A stretch of DNA of 64,000 bases from Lama guanicoe. Lineage: Eukaryota. The stretch is taken from the NCBI GenBank assembly GCA_013239625.1, contig MU054187.1, positions 18,840,711 through 18,904,710 of the forward strand, written 5' to 3'. The stretch's first letter is position 1, and each line of letters begins with the position of its first letter. The notes beneath the pieces are model-generated. The model was given only the letters and a program-made list of their open reading frames with translations, was not told the origin of the DNA and searched no databases. Position numbers and translations under genes: made by a program. This document shows, piece after piece, positions 52,601 through 64,000 of the stretch.

Positions 52601-55526
52601 TATACTAAGGATGGGCATAGACTGTTAAAGAAGGAACCAGAGAGACTGATGACTTGAATGAGTTCTTAGGGACCATTTATTTGGATCAGCAAATAATGGC
52701 AATTTTAGTGCTTATTTAGCTCTGTTTTACCCAAATCCTCAAATAATACTCCCCTTGGAGAGTACATATACTCTCTCAACTTGTAAACCCTTTATTATGA
52801 AGGGCGTATTTAATAGGTGTTACAACAACATGGCATAGTGCTGTGATCAGTAGTGAAGGAGAAATTACTAGTGGTGCTTGTAAAAGCAGGGACCATTGCT
52901 GTTCTTACACAGTAGTAATAAGAAAAACTAGTGGTTGAATAGTGTTTGATTTATATAGTTCATGTCAAAAATAGAATGGGCTGGTGGGTAGGCTTTTGTC
53001 TAAGTTCTTTTTAAAAATTAGGGCATTTGATCTGATAATGGCAGAGAATTGCAGAAATTGGGACTGGCTCAGAAAATTCAGAACACAGTGACCTTAGCCT
53101 AAAATGATTGCTACAGTTAGACACAGCCACCTCCTTAAAGTGTTTTGAACTACTTGGTATATAAACTTCAGGCAGTTCTTACTTGTAAATGCTAATTCAC
53201 TGCTTCCATAAACACTTCATGATGTGCTGCCAAACTTCGATCAGTGCTTAAAATTTTTGATTCTTCCAAGTATTCCTACTGTTACTATAATATCTGTTAG
53301 AACTTTGAACCAAAAGAGCACTGCTCTGCAGGTATGGCATGCATAGCAAAACTTAGTTTCAGGCTTGCATCAAAGAAAGATGCAGTTTGGAAATTTTCTG
53401 TAGTGAATAGAGAAGAGCGTAAGCAAATTAGTGAAAAGTCTTACTCAAGCATTTCATAAAAGGGAGCTCAAGTAAACTGTATGATGCTTTTATAGAAAAT
53501 TTAGAGTATAGCAGTAATTATTATAGTTGTTTTTAGTATTGGTTTAGTTATTTATATATTCGTATAAGTCCTAAACATTTTCATTCCCCTTTGCTAAATA
53601 GTTTGATGTCTTTACCTCACTTTCTTTCCTCCAGCCCCCAAAAGCAAAAATTTGGGACTTAGCCATGAATTGTTTTGATTACTTTCCCCCAACTGTGGCT
53701 GTTAGCAGTTTTTGCTTAGGATTGGGTGTTTTGGTAGGAGGAGAAAATAACTGATTTAGAATGTGAGACATTTCAGTATGATAGAGCAAGAATGTGGGGA
53801 TGGGATTATCATATAAGTATAAAGTGTAAGTATGCACTTGAGGCAATGGGAAGTAATAGGGAGGCTGCCAAGCCAAGGGTCAGTTGGAAATGCAAAGGAA
53901 ATTCTCTGCTTTTGTGCTTTATTCTATAGTGACTGTATATTCCAGATTTGAGGGTTATCTATAATGTTTCATTGTTCCTCTGAAATACTGAAGTGTCCTG
54001 GAATTCTGGTATTGTGGTTCCTTCGGTTGACTTCTCATACCTGGAAGCAGCACAGAAATTCTTAGATGGATCGTGTGACCTGGTGTACTTTCAAAGAATT
54101 GGGATTATTATATGCATGACCCCCTGTGTTTAGGACTCAGAATGAAACCTAGTGTTTTTGTACTTTAGCCATAACCGTGACGGGGTTAAATGGAGACTTG
54201 AGATTGTTAAGGAGTCTCACCACCATGTAGAATATTGTTTCCAGGAGAACTCTTTGCAGTCCTAACAACACCTCTGTTCCCTAAACCCTTTTTCCCCTAA
54301 TTCTTCCTCCTCCCTTCTCCCCTTCAAGCATACCGGTTCTCCCAGCATGTTTTACAATCCAGTATGTATCTTCTCCATGTTTTTCCCAGGCTCATACACT
54401 TAAAGATCTGTACTTTTGTATATTTCATTATTTTATAGAAATGACTTGTATTTGAATTAATATTTTGTGCCAAAGAAAATTTGGATTTTTAATACTTAAA
54501 GTAAGGTCAGCATTTTCAGAAATGTTTGAGCCGTTTTTCTGTTGGAAACAATGATTACAAAGTGATTGGACAGTGCACCATGTGCTATTCAGGTGCTGAG
54601 AGGATAGACACCTCTGCCTAGTCTAGGGAGCTTACCCGTCTAGTCACTGGGTGAGGGAAGTCCTGAAGTTCCTAATTAGAAACATTCAGAGTGCTGCTTT
54701 GTAGGCTCAGGGATGGTGACTTGCCCAAAGGCACAGTTAATGACTAGTATGGACAGTGTTCCAAAACGGAGATCACGCGCCTTTTTCTTGCTGGTTTATC
54801 ATCATATGGCCCTTACAGGAAATACCATAACTTTAGTGACGCTAAACTGAACTATAACGAATACTTGTGCGATTGATAAGAAGGAAAGTGATAAACATTA
54901 AGGATTTTGAGTTCAGAAAATTTACCTGATGGAGAATATTTATGACCTTAAAGAGATAAGCTATTTTGAAAATCTAATCTAAAGGTAAAGACAACTTTGT
55001 ATAACTATTTGACTCAGTGTTTCCTGAGATTTTTTTTTTGTCTTTAATAGTGTTAAGCATAATGAGATGCCCAGCATATTCTAACTTGAGTATTTTAAGG
55101 TCAGTGAGAAAGTGGCTGAATTCCTATTAGTAAAAGAATTTGACATTAATTTGATTGCTGTAAATGAAAGTTTATTTACATGAGAAAAGAATTGCTCTTT
55201 TAAAATTTTAAACCTTAGTCCATGCCCATAGCTATTTGAAAAGAGTAACATGATACATGATATATATTATTCTTTAAATGAAATTCTGCTGATCCTCAGG
55301 ATGGGTTTGATTTTTTTTTTTTCTTATGGTAGCAGTGGCTTGCAGCAAGCTGTTCACTCCTTCCCTCTCAGTATTTGGAATTGTGAACACTTCCATCTCA
55401 ATACATAACCTTACTAACAAACTAGTGTACTTGATTAATGCTTTTTAAAAAGTTATATTGATAATATTTGTTTGGTTTGGAGGCTTTAAACAAAATGTAA
55501 TATTAATATTTTCCATCCAATTACAG

Positions 55527-56415
55527 GAGCCAGAAATGCCATCAGAGGAGGGATACTGTGACTTTAATAGCAGGCCGAATGAGAACTCGTACTGCTATCA
55601 ACTTCTTCGACAACTAAATGAACAGAGAAAGAAAGGTATTCTTTGTGACGTCAGCATTGTGGTGAGCGGAAAAATCTTTAAGGCTCATAAGAACATCCTG
55701 GTTGCAGGCAGCCGTTTCTTTAAGACTTTATATTGCTTTTCAAACAAAGAAAGCCCTAACCAAAACAATACTACCCACTTAGACATTGCTGCAGTTCAAG
55801 GTTTTTCAGTCATCTTGGACTTCTTGTATTCTGGTAACCTGGTGCTCACAAGCCAAAATGCCATTGAAGTGATGACAGTGGCCAGCTATCTTCAAATGAG
55901 TGAAGTTGTTCAAACTTGCCGAAATTTCATTAAAGATGCCTTAAATATCAGCATTAAATCAGAAGCTCCAGAGTCTGTAGTTGTGGACTATAATAATAGA
56001 AAACCAGTTAACAGAGATGGCCTGTCTTCATCACGGGATCAAAAAACTGCCAGTTTTTGGGCAACACGGAATCTTACCAATTTGGCGAGTAATGTAAAAA
56101 TCGAAAATGATGGTTGTAACGTCGATGAGGGCCAAATGGAAAACTATCAAATGAATGACAGTAGTTGGGTCCAGGATGGCTCACCTGAATTGGCTGAAAA
56201 TGAAACTCAAGGTCAAACAAAAGTGTTTATTTGGAATAATATGGGCTCCCAGGGAATTCAAGAGACTGGCAAAACCAGGAGGAAAACTCAAGCTACAAAG
56301 AGATTTATTTATAATATACCACCTAATAATGAAACAAATTTAGAAGATTGCTCAGTGATGCAGCCGCCTGTTACCTACCCAGAAGAAGATTTGTCATTCA
56401 TCAAGGAAGAACCAG
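55527..56415 (+). CDS. ZBTB10: ZBTB10 coding exon 2 (BTB/POZ domain and linker)
   Basis: Acceptor ttccatccaattacag|GAG at 55526/55527. Translation [13 protein letters not shown]...[36 protein letters not shown]...[15 protein letters not shown] is a canonical ZBTB BTB domain (~55590-55945). Donor CCAG|GTAAAT at 56415/56416 (phase 1). Confidence 0.97.
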
Positions 56416-56519
56416 GTAAATATTGTGGATACAAAGGTATCTCAGTTTTCATTCTAATTCTGGTTGCATATAATCTGGAAGTATATTTTTAAAGTATTTT
56501 TTAAGTAAAGAAGTAATAC

Positions 56520-56601
56520 AGGGGGAGGGTACTAGTTCAGTGGCATGCACGAGGTCCTGGGTTCAATCCCTAGTACCTCCATTAAAAAAAAATTTTTTTT
56601 T
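56520..56601 (+). mobile_element. Vic-1-like SINE with internal deletion, in ZBTB10 intron 2
   Basis: GGGGAGGGTACTAGTTCAGTGGCATGCACGAGGTCCTGGGTTCAATCCCTAGTACCTCC; TSD AAGTAATAC at 56511-56519 and 56602-56610. Confidence 0.85.
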
Positions 56602-56830
56602 AAGTAATACTAAATTAAAGTGTTTATTACAGAAGAGGGGATATCACTCAAACAAGTACATAATTTTGGTATATCTTAGTTTTTTTCTCCAGGCATGTAT
56701 ATGTGGATTTCCCAAAGGTTGTGTTAAATCAGGCATTTTGCCTGTTATATGGCATGTGGACTCTATGTATAGTTCTTTGACTTTCATGATCTTTAGCCTC
56801 TGTGCTCTTTTTTTGCACCCAGTGCTGGAA

Positions 56831-56882
56831 AAGATAGTCTTTGGTTTAAGTATGTGAAGATAGTCTTTGGTTTAAGTATGTG
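56831..56882. repeat. Perfect 26-bp tandem duplication
   Basis: AAGATAGTCTTTGGTTTAAGTATGTG x2. Confidence 0.95.
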
Positions 56883-58311
56883 ATAGTTTGTCATTTCAGA
56901 ACATTTTTGAGATCTAGTTAGCATTCTTCACTTTTTTGGAGGAGGGAGTGTAACCATTTGATTTTGCAAATGATAGTGGAGTTCTAATTTGTTTAGAGCT
57001 ACTATTCTGTTCTTCCTATAAATCTTACAGAAGCTGGAATATTTTAAGTTTGTCCTATTATTACCTCATTTTCTCATTTGCATTAGTTAAGAGAGAGGCC
57101 TCTGGGCTCACACAGGTGGTCTATAGCAACATATCCTAATAAACTCCTTTTCTGTTCTCAAAAAAGAGGCCTGAGACCTCTCTCTTCAGTATGTTCCCAA
57201 AGAAATGTATACAAGAACCTTAGCATATCACTTGTAGTGTGGGTCTTTAGAAAAGTAGAGTTGTAGGGGACCATTGTTAAAGAATGAAAACAGATTCAAA
57301 ATTTTTCTCTAGTTGTCTGTGTTTACTTTTATTTGAAGAAGCAGCCCCAGTGGGTTTGAGGTTTTCCTATGCAGACCCCAGACCTGTCCACCACTGTCAT
57401 ACATGACTTAGTGCTTCTTTTGCCTCAAAGCTCTTAACGGTTCAGTGTCTGATTTATATCATTGTGATCATCTGGGGATGGAGTACTTTCTGTAAAAAAA
57501 GAATCATTATTTTTAGTTCCCAAAGGGCAAAATGTGATTATTATTACAATAATCCTATGAAATGGTTCCTCTGGCTTGGGTTTAGTTTTCATTGGTAGAA
57601 ATTTTAATCATGTGAAAATTAGTATGCACGTATAACAGATACTATTGGCTGATCTTTTCCCTCCTACTTATTAAGCCTTTAGCAATAAAACCCCAGAGGT
57701 AGTTTCTTTAAAATATAAAGGGTAAGTAGACTTTCTTAGGAGCACTTTATATTTTGGCTTAATTTTTAATATACAAGACCTTGAAGCAGTTCTCAAGTTA
57801 CATTGTCTTTCTCCTGCATGGATTAATTAATAGTATGGTGCAAACCCTGCAGTATTTTTTAAAAATGCATATAGATACACAAACAAATTGAAAAATAAGG
57901 AGTTTTTGGAGGGGGTAGTAGTTTGACAAAACTAATCAGAGTCAACCCTGTTCTTAAAATTGGAGTCATTCAAAGAGAAGAAAAGCAGTGATTTGAACCA
58001 CAGTGCATCCTTTCAAAAGTAGCAGTACTAGTGGTTGTCTTAGCAAGCACCTCTAGCTGAGGTTGGACTAGCTCTATCATAGATTAATTTTTGGTAGTCT
58101 AATATGCTTTTAATTTAGCTCATATCTTAATATATACCTCTATTATGTCTTTGATATCACTTTGATATCTGAACTTTGCTTAAATCACAACTTTGGTTGT
58201 ATCATTGATGTACTGCATTCCAACTTTTTATAACTTTTTTGTGCCTCTGAATCCAGTTTCATCAGTGAGACAAAATGGGTCTTATAAGAGCTAGGACATA
58301 ATATGATACAG

Positions 58312-58668
58312 AGCCAAAGGCTAGTATATTTTTACTGAAAGAGCCAAGCAGTAAATATTTTGGATTTGCTGGTCATAAGGTCAGTTACTTAACTCTGTCA
58401 TTATAGCATGAAAGCAGTCACAGACAGTATGTAAAGAAATGAACATGGATATTTTCCAATAAAGCTTTATTGCCAACCCTTGGAATAGAGCAGTGGGTCT
58501 TAATTATGGCTGCATGTTGGCATTACTTGGGGACTTTACATTCCATCATGATGCTTGGATCTCTCCAGTAGGGATTCTGGTTTAATTGGTCTGGGATGTG
58601 GCCTGTTTGTTGAAATTTTTATGAACTCTACAGGTGATTGTGCTGTAAGCCAAGGTTAAGATCCACTG
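58312..58668. mobile_element. Adjacent MER58A-like and MER5B-like MITEs (intron 2)
   Basis: AGTAAATATTTT...AACTCTGTCATTATAGCATGAAAGCAG...TTCCAATAAAGCTTTATT (MER58), then CAGTGGGTCTTAA...TTTAATTGGTCTGGG...GGTTAAGATCCACTG (MER5B). Confidence 0.75.
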
Positions 58669-58879
58669 ATAAAGAGGAAAGAGCCAAAATTGAGTCAGGA
58701 TTTGAACATGAGTTCTGCCACTTACCCACTGTGTTACCATAATCAAATTAAGCTAAACACTTGCCCCCAGTTTTCTTTTCTTTAAAATGTGCTACTTACA
58801 GGATTATTATGAAAAATGACAAACACAAAAACATAACTGTTATGGTCATCTTAGCCCCCTTAAAAATGTTAAGAGTATT

Positions 58880-59300
58880 TCAAATCAGTTTTCCAGAGCA
58901 GTGTACTTTCTCCCACATGCTGGGTAGGTGGTCTTACAGCCTCAGCTTGACCTTTCGCTTCAGTAGGTAGAATGCTTTTTTTAAACAGCCTGTTCCAGTG
59001 TAGGATGAATATGACTATTAGGAAGTTACTTTATATTGAACTAAAATTTGCTTCTCTTTAACTTCCTAATTGTGCCATTTTGAGTAGTATAATCTGAACC
59101 TAACCTCTAATCTACCTGATAACCCTTCAGATATTAAGTTTAAAAAATTCCCAAGAAGTCCCCTTCTTCTAGGCTAAGTGCTGTACCTCCCACCTTGTGA
59201 ATTCCAAACCCTATTATGTCTTGATAGTTATAGACAGTTTGTTTCGCCCTGAAATTTTGGTGCACAGAATTGACTAGAAATCTCCAGGTAAATTCAGATC
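58880..59300 (-). mobile_element. CR1/L3 LINE fragment (intron 2)
   Basis: CAGCCTGTTCCAGTG...TTAGGAAGTTACTTTATATTGAACTAAAATTTGCTTC matches antisense L3. Confidence 0.6.
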
Positions 59301-62300
59301 AGTAAAGAATGTAGTGGGTCTGTATTTTACCAAGGTTAAGGCCTTTCTCAAGGTCATTCAGCTAGTAAATATAGAGGCAGGTTCCATGTTTAGGACGGAC
59401 ATTAAAACCTTGGCAATTAATAAACTAGTAGATCCAGTCTTTTAAAAAATGAGGCCCGTTTAAAACTTCTAACATTTCAATGAATCTACACTATTGGTTA
59501 TACTTTCATTTTTATTTATTGAGAAAATAGTGAAAATTGTTAGTGAAATAAATGCTTTTAAGGGAATTTAAATTTCTATACCTAACATCTGAAAAGTCAT
59601 GGTGAATTATTCAGTGCTTAACACATTTGGGTTTGTGGATCTCTTATAGGAACTTTGACTTCCCCAGATTCTTCGTAAATGTTTTTAAACCACAGCTCTA
59701 ACTAATTTTGTCTTCTTGTCACATAATATTAAGTTGGAGAAAGCTTCTTAGAGTGGATCTTGTATTGTGTAGGAGTTTGCCAGGAGAGGGAGAAGGGCAT
59801 TCATTCACTGACTGCAAGGTGGTAAGAAATTGGAGTAAGTGCATGAAAGAGTAGTCAGGAGATGAGGTTGTGTCAATAGGTTAGGTGGGGCCCGATTGTG
59901 ATTCTCTGTTTGGCATGGTAATTGTGAATTTTATTTTATAGACCCTGAGGTAGTGTGAGATTTTAAATTAGAGATTCAATCTGTTTATATTTTCCTTTAA
60001 CATAAAAATACTTGGGGAAATGTTCAGGATTGGAGTGGGGAGTGTCCTGAGGACACCTGTTAAGGCCCAGCCATGGGAGAAATAACAGCTTTGCTTGAGT
60101 AGAGCAAAGAAGAAACAGAGCCTAGTCTAAGACGGGCTCTCATTTGAGTCTTGGAGTTTGGGAGTGAAGGGATACTGCTCTTTTGAGTCTCTAGGCTGCT
60201 GTAGAACTGTCAGTGGTACGTAATACATTTGTAACTGAATTTCCTCTCCATTGAAAGGGGGAAAAACCTGATTGCAATGAATGAAAAGAAATCTTTACTT
60301 GTTTATGACAAAAATTAAAAACTTAGTTTTCTGTAACTGTCTTCAGAGAAGAGAACTTTGATGCTAGGATATATTGAAATGAAAACAAAAAGTTGAGTAG
60401 ACCTTACTGAGTCTCTTAAGAGTTTTTGTAGAATAGTTTATTTCTATACCTTTGATTTCTGATGTCTTCTCTCATAATTTCAATCTTTTCAAGAATAGTT
60501 GTGTTTTAAGAAAATGTGAATTAGCCTGCACCTGCCTCATGTTTGAAATTTTGAGAACCAAAAAGCAAATGGTCAGGAAGACCTCCTACCCAACATAGTT
60601 TTGTTTATTTAGCATTTATAGGCAGGTGCTGTACCACTAACCAGATGATTTGGAAGGGATGCTAATGCTAGTCCACTGTGGTCCAGGAGAAACCTGTAAC
60701 CACAGGCACCAAGATGAACCTTATTTAACAACAGTGTGATTTGTATCACACTTTACAATTTATGCAGTATTTTTTATTTATTAATGTTACTTTTCATAGT
60801 AACTTTGTGAAGTGGGTAAATATTGCTGCTCTCCTTTGTGAAGAAAATAAAGTTATAATTGTTATAAATTTGGCAAGAGATAGAGACTGAAATTTATAAT
60901 CTTTTAAATCTCATTCTGTTTCCATTGCTTGATAATCATGTTTAAAAAAAAAGAGTACCCATTTTTAAAATGCATGGTTTTACAGTACATGGTTAATCAG
61001 AATTACTAAAAAATGAATTCTAAGGAGGAAGTTGCTTTGAAAATAGACAAATGTATTACTGTAAAGAACAGTGACAGCTAATAACTAGGTACACTTAAGA
61101 TTTGGGAGATGTTTTATTAAATTAGTAAAATGAATGGTAGTTTCATACAGAGTATAGGTAGGTTTTTTTCTTTTTCTTTATTTAGCAAAATATGTCGAGT
61201 ATCACCAAGAAAGTAAGTTTAAGATGGGTTTACTTTGCTTCAGTACTCTCATTTCCAGCATTGCAAATTGTGCCTTTTTTTTTTTGCCTGCCTGCCTGCC
61301 TTATGTCAGGTTTGGTACTTACTTACGTTATCAGGAGGCAGTGTAATACAGTTAAACAATGCAGCACTTTGCTGCACTGGGCTTTCGTTTCCTTATAAGG
61401 TTGAGGATAAGAGTATTTTTACTAATACTATGTAAATATGTAGTGAAATTTAAATGAGATAGCATATACAGGTCTTATTGGTTTATGTATAAACTCTGGT
61501 TTTCTGTTTTTGTGTTCTTTTGAGGAGGGGCTCTACTATTACCTGTTAACTGGAGAAAAGACATTCATAAACTGAAGAAATTGTATGTGGCTTATGGTTT
61601 AACTCTGATCATTTGAATGTTATTACATGGTGTACATATATCTGCTATTAAAAAACTAAGAGAAAGATTTCCATAGGAAAGTCATGAATATCACAAAAGC
61701 AAAGTATAGTAGAGTTTGTTATTTAATCCTGTATTTTTTTGATAAAAAGATGATGACCAAGAGTTCATAGTGAAGCAGAATTCATTCTGATATTGTGAAT
61801 GGTTAGTTGCCTGGCTTCTGTATTACTCACATCAACATAATTGATTAAACATAACGCTGTTAGGCAGTTTGCCTGGATTCAGATAAGGTACAGCGGTGGT
61901 ATGATGTATTGATTCTTGAGTTAAGCACGCTTTCATGAAAGTTTATTGTCAACCTGGAAGAACTCACCTATTTTGAGATTTGTTTTTGGTGTCAAGAACC
62001 AAGTAGTTGGTACCTTTCAAAGGAGTTTATATCTGTAGCATGGGAATGATTTTGTTACTGTACACAGAAGACATTTGCCATCTATTAAGCTTTTAGGTGG
62101 AGGTGTCCTCTACTTAGTGTCCATGTAGATTAAAGATCACAAATTAAATTCTATACTTTAGAGGTAAGGTAGGAGACAGGAAATGTCTATTTTAAGAACT
62201 AGCTGAGGAAGCCTTCAACAAATCACTATAGAATGTTACATAAATGGAAACATCCTGTATTTACAAACCTACCTGGCAGAATTTTAAGACGTGCCCTCTG

Positions 62301-64000
62301 AACATAATGTACACTTTAGAATAATGATTTTTTACAAAAGATACTGGGAAAATAAAATTGTTTTGATAATGATTTAAAAATTTTTATTATTAAAATCCAT
62401 TTAATTTTTCATAGGAAAGAAAAGTCAGTACATTTCAGTTAGTTATTTTCAGTTTGTGGATGTTTTGGTATTATATACCAGAAAGCTGAGAAATTATTCT
62501 AAGTTAAAACTAAGTTAGTAACACAAGTTGCAAAGGGCAGACTACCCGAGCCAACATATAATGACATTTGTTGAAAAGCCTTTTATTTGTCGTGCACTAT
62601 GATAAATACTGGGGAAAAAAAATCTAAGCAGTTTTCTTACTCTCAAGGACAGGAAAGGAGTCTGTGTCTAATTTACTGTTCTTGCTTTCCACGTGAACTA
62701 CTTGTTCATTCTCCAGACTTTCAACCCCTTTACTCTAGGCAGTAGCCTCACATTCTACTGTTTTACATTACAGAGAAGGTAAAAGCCAGTGAGCATTTAG
62801 AATATCTTTAAGTTCCTGTCTTCAAACTTCTCTCTAAATATACTGATTGTCTTATGCTTTGGGATCCCAGACTCCCTAGGAATCTTGAAAGTGATCATTT
62901 CTTCTCTTTGCAGTATTCTTCAGTATCTTTTCATAGTGACTTCTTCCGTTCAGCATTTAAGTGTTTATTTCACCATAAACCCAAAACTTGTGACCTATTT
63001 CTCACTCGTCCCCTTTGCAGCCAAATTTCTCAAACTGTATTATATCTCTAATTCATCTTCTATTCAAAACACAGGCCATTCTCAATCTTTACCTGCCAGC
63101 TGATCCACCAGTATCACTCTTAAGATCATCAGGTGACCTCCAAGGTGCTCAGTATTTATTGAATGAAATGAAAGTAATGCATGCTTTAGTCGTCACCTTG
63201 AATTCTTGGCAGTACAGGATGGTGATACCAAAGACAAGTCTTGAATTGAAGGTAGAGGAGAGGTTGTCCGTTATAAATGGCATTTGAAAAATGTCTTCTG
63301 AGGCTTAGTTCATCTGAGAGAGTAGATGGTTACCTGTGGGATGATGCTAGATTCCTAAGTAGGAACCTGAATATTAGGACCTTGTATTCTAAATTAAGGA
63401 GTTTGAAGAATATCCAAAAAAATTGGTGAACTATTGAAGTAAAGTAGCAACATGAAGTTCTGTGTTTTGGGGAGACCTCTGGCAGTGTTGTGGGAAGTGA
63501 AGTGGGAGCGCTGTATTTTGGAAGCAAAGAGACCATTTCAGTAATTCACTAACTAATCTAGGAGAATAATGAAGGCTGCCTGAATTAAGACAGTGGCAGA
63601 GAAAAGGAAGAAGCGGAACAGATTCAAGGGAAATTAACAGATTGGAACTAACAGTACTCATCTCATCAGTATGCCCTTTTATGCTGCCTTTCCATATTTC
63701 AAGAGTAGCTCTTAGGAATTACCTCTTCTCTGAAGTCTTCCTTTACCAGTTCAATATTAACTGGTGTTTTCCACTTCTGAACAATACAGAAACAATAATG
63801 TTTCATACCTTAGTGCTTAATATTAGCATTAGCAACTATCCTTTGGGTACCGGACACCATTATTATAACATTTGGCTTGCATCACCTAATTGAATTTCTG
63901 TATCAAATCTATGATATAGGTGGATGCATATGAGGAAACAGACATGCTCATACAGGTGGAGCCAGGGTACCTAATTCACCTTGGCTCTTAAGTTCATTCC

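Noticed and set aside
55458..56492. 344-aa ORF read as a single-exon gene or as a membrane-tailed isoform
   Set aside because: The extensions beyond 55527-56415 are intronic read-through past clear splice sites; the hydrophobic tail reflects T-rich intron sequence.
56416..64000. Further ZBTB10 exons (C2H2 zinc fingers)
   Set aside because: No C2H2-coding or otherwise convincing exon seen; the region reads as intron with old repeats.

Overview
This is mammalian genomic DNA, most likely from a camelid (alpaca, llama or camel), judging by about 17 copies of a Vic-1-like tRNA-derived SINE. Bases 1-44,300 are repeat-rich intergenic sequence: SINEs, L1/L2/CR1 fragments, MIR, hAT and Tigger DNA-transposon fossils, an LTR33-like solo LTR and one 122-N gap. 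A CpG island at about 44.3-46.6 kb holds the promoter and first coding exon of ZBTB10 (+ strand, 45629-46600). This exon splices in phase 0 to the BTB/POZ exon (55527-56415). The C-terminal C2H2 zinc-finger exons are not in the window. I see no wholly new multi-gene system. The best leads are: (i) a hAT-transposase-type (TTF-like) zinc finger and an internal duplication inside ZBTB10 exon 1; (ii) an upstream alternative 32-codon first exon that would remove that whole module; (iii) a run of telomere-variant hexamers, including ZBTB10's own reported ligand TTGGGG, about 3 kb upstream of the gene; (iv) a tailless U1 snRNA retro-fragment with a 17-bp target-site duplication (TSD) inserted in the end of a Tigger element. 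Repeat family names come from recognising consensus sequences by eye and their boundaries are approximate.
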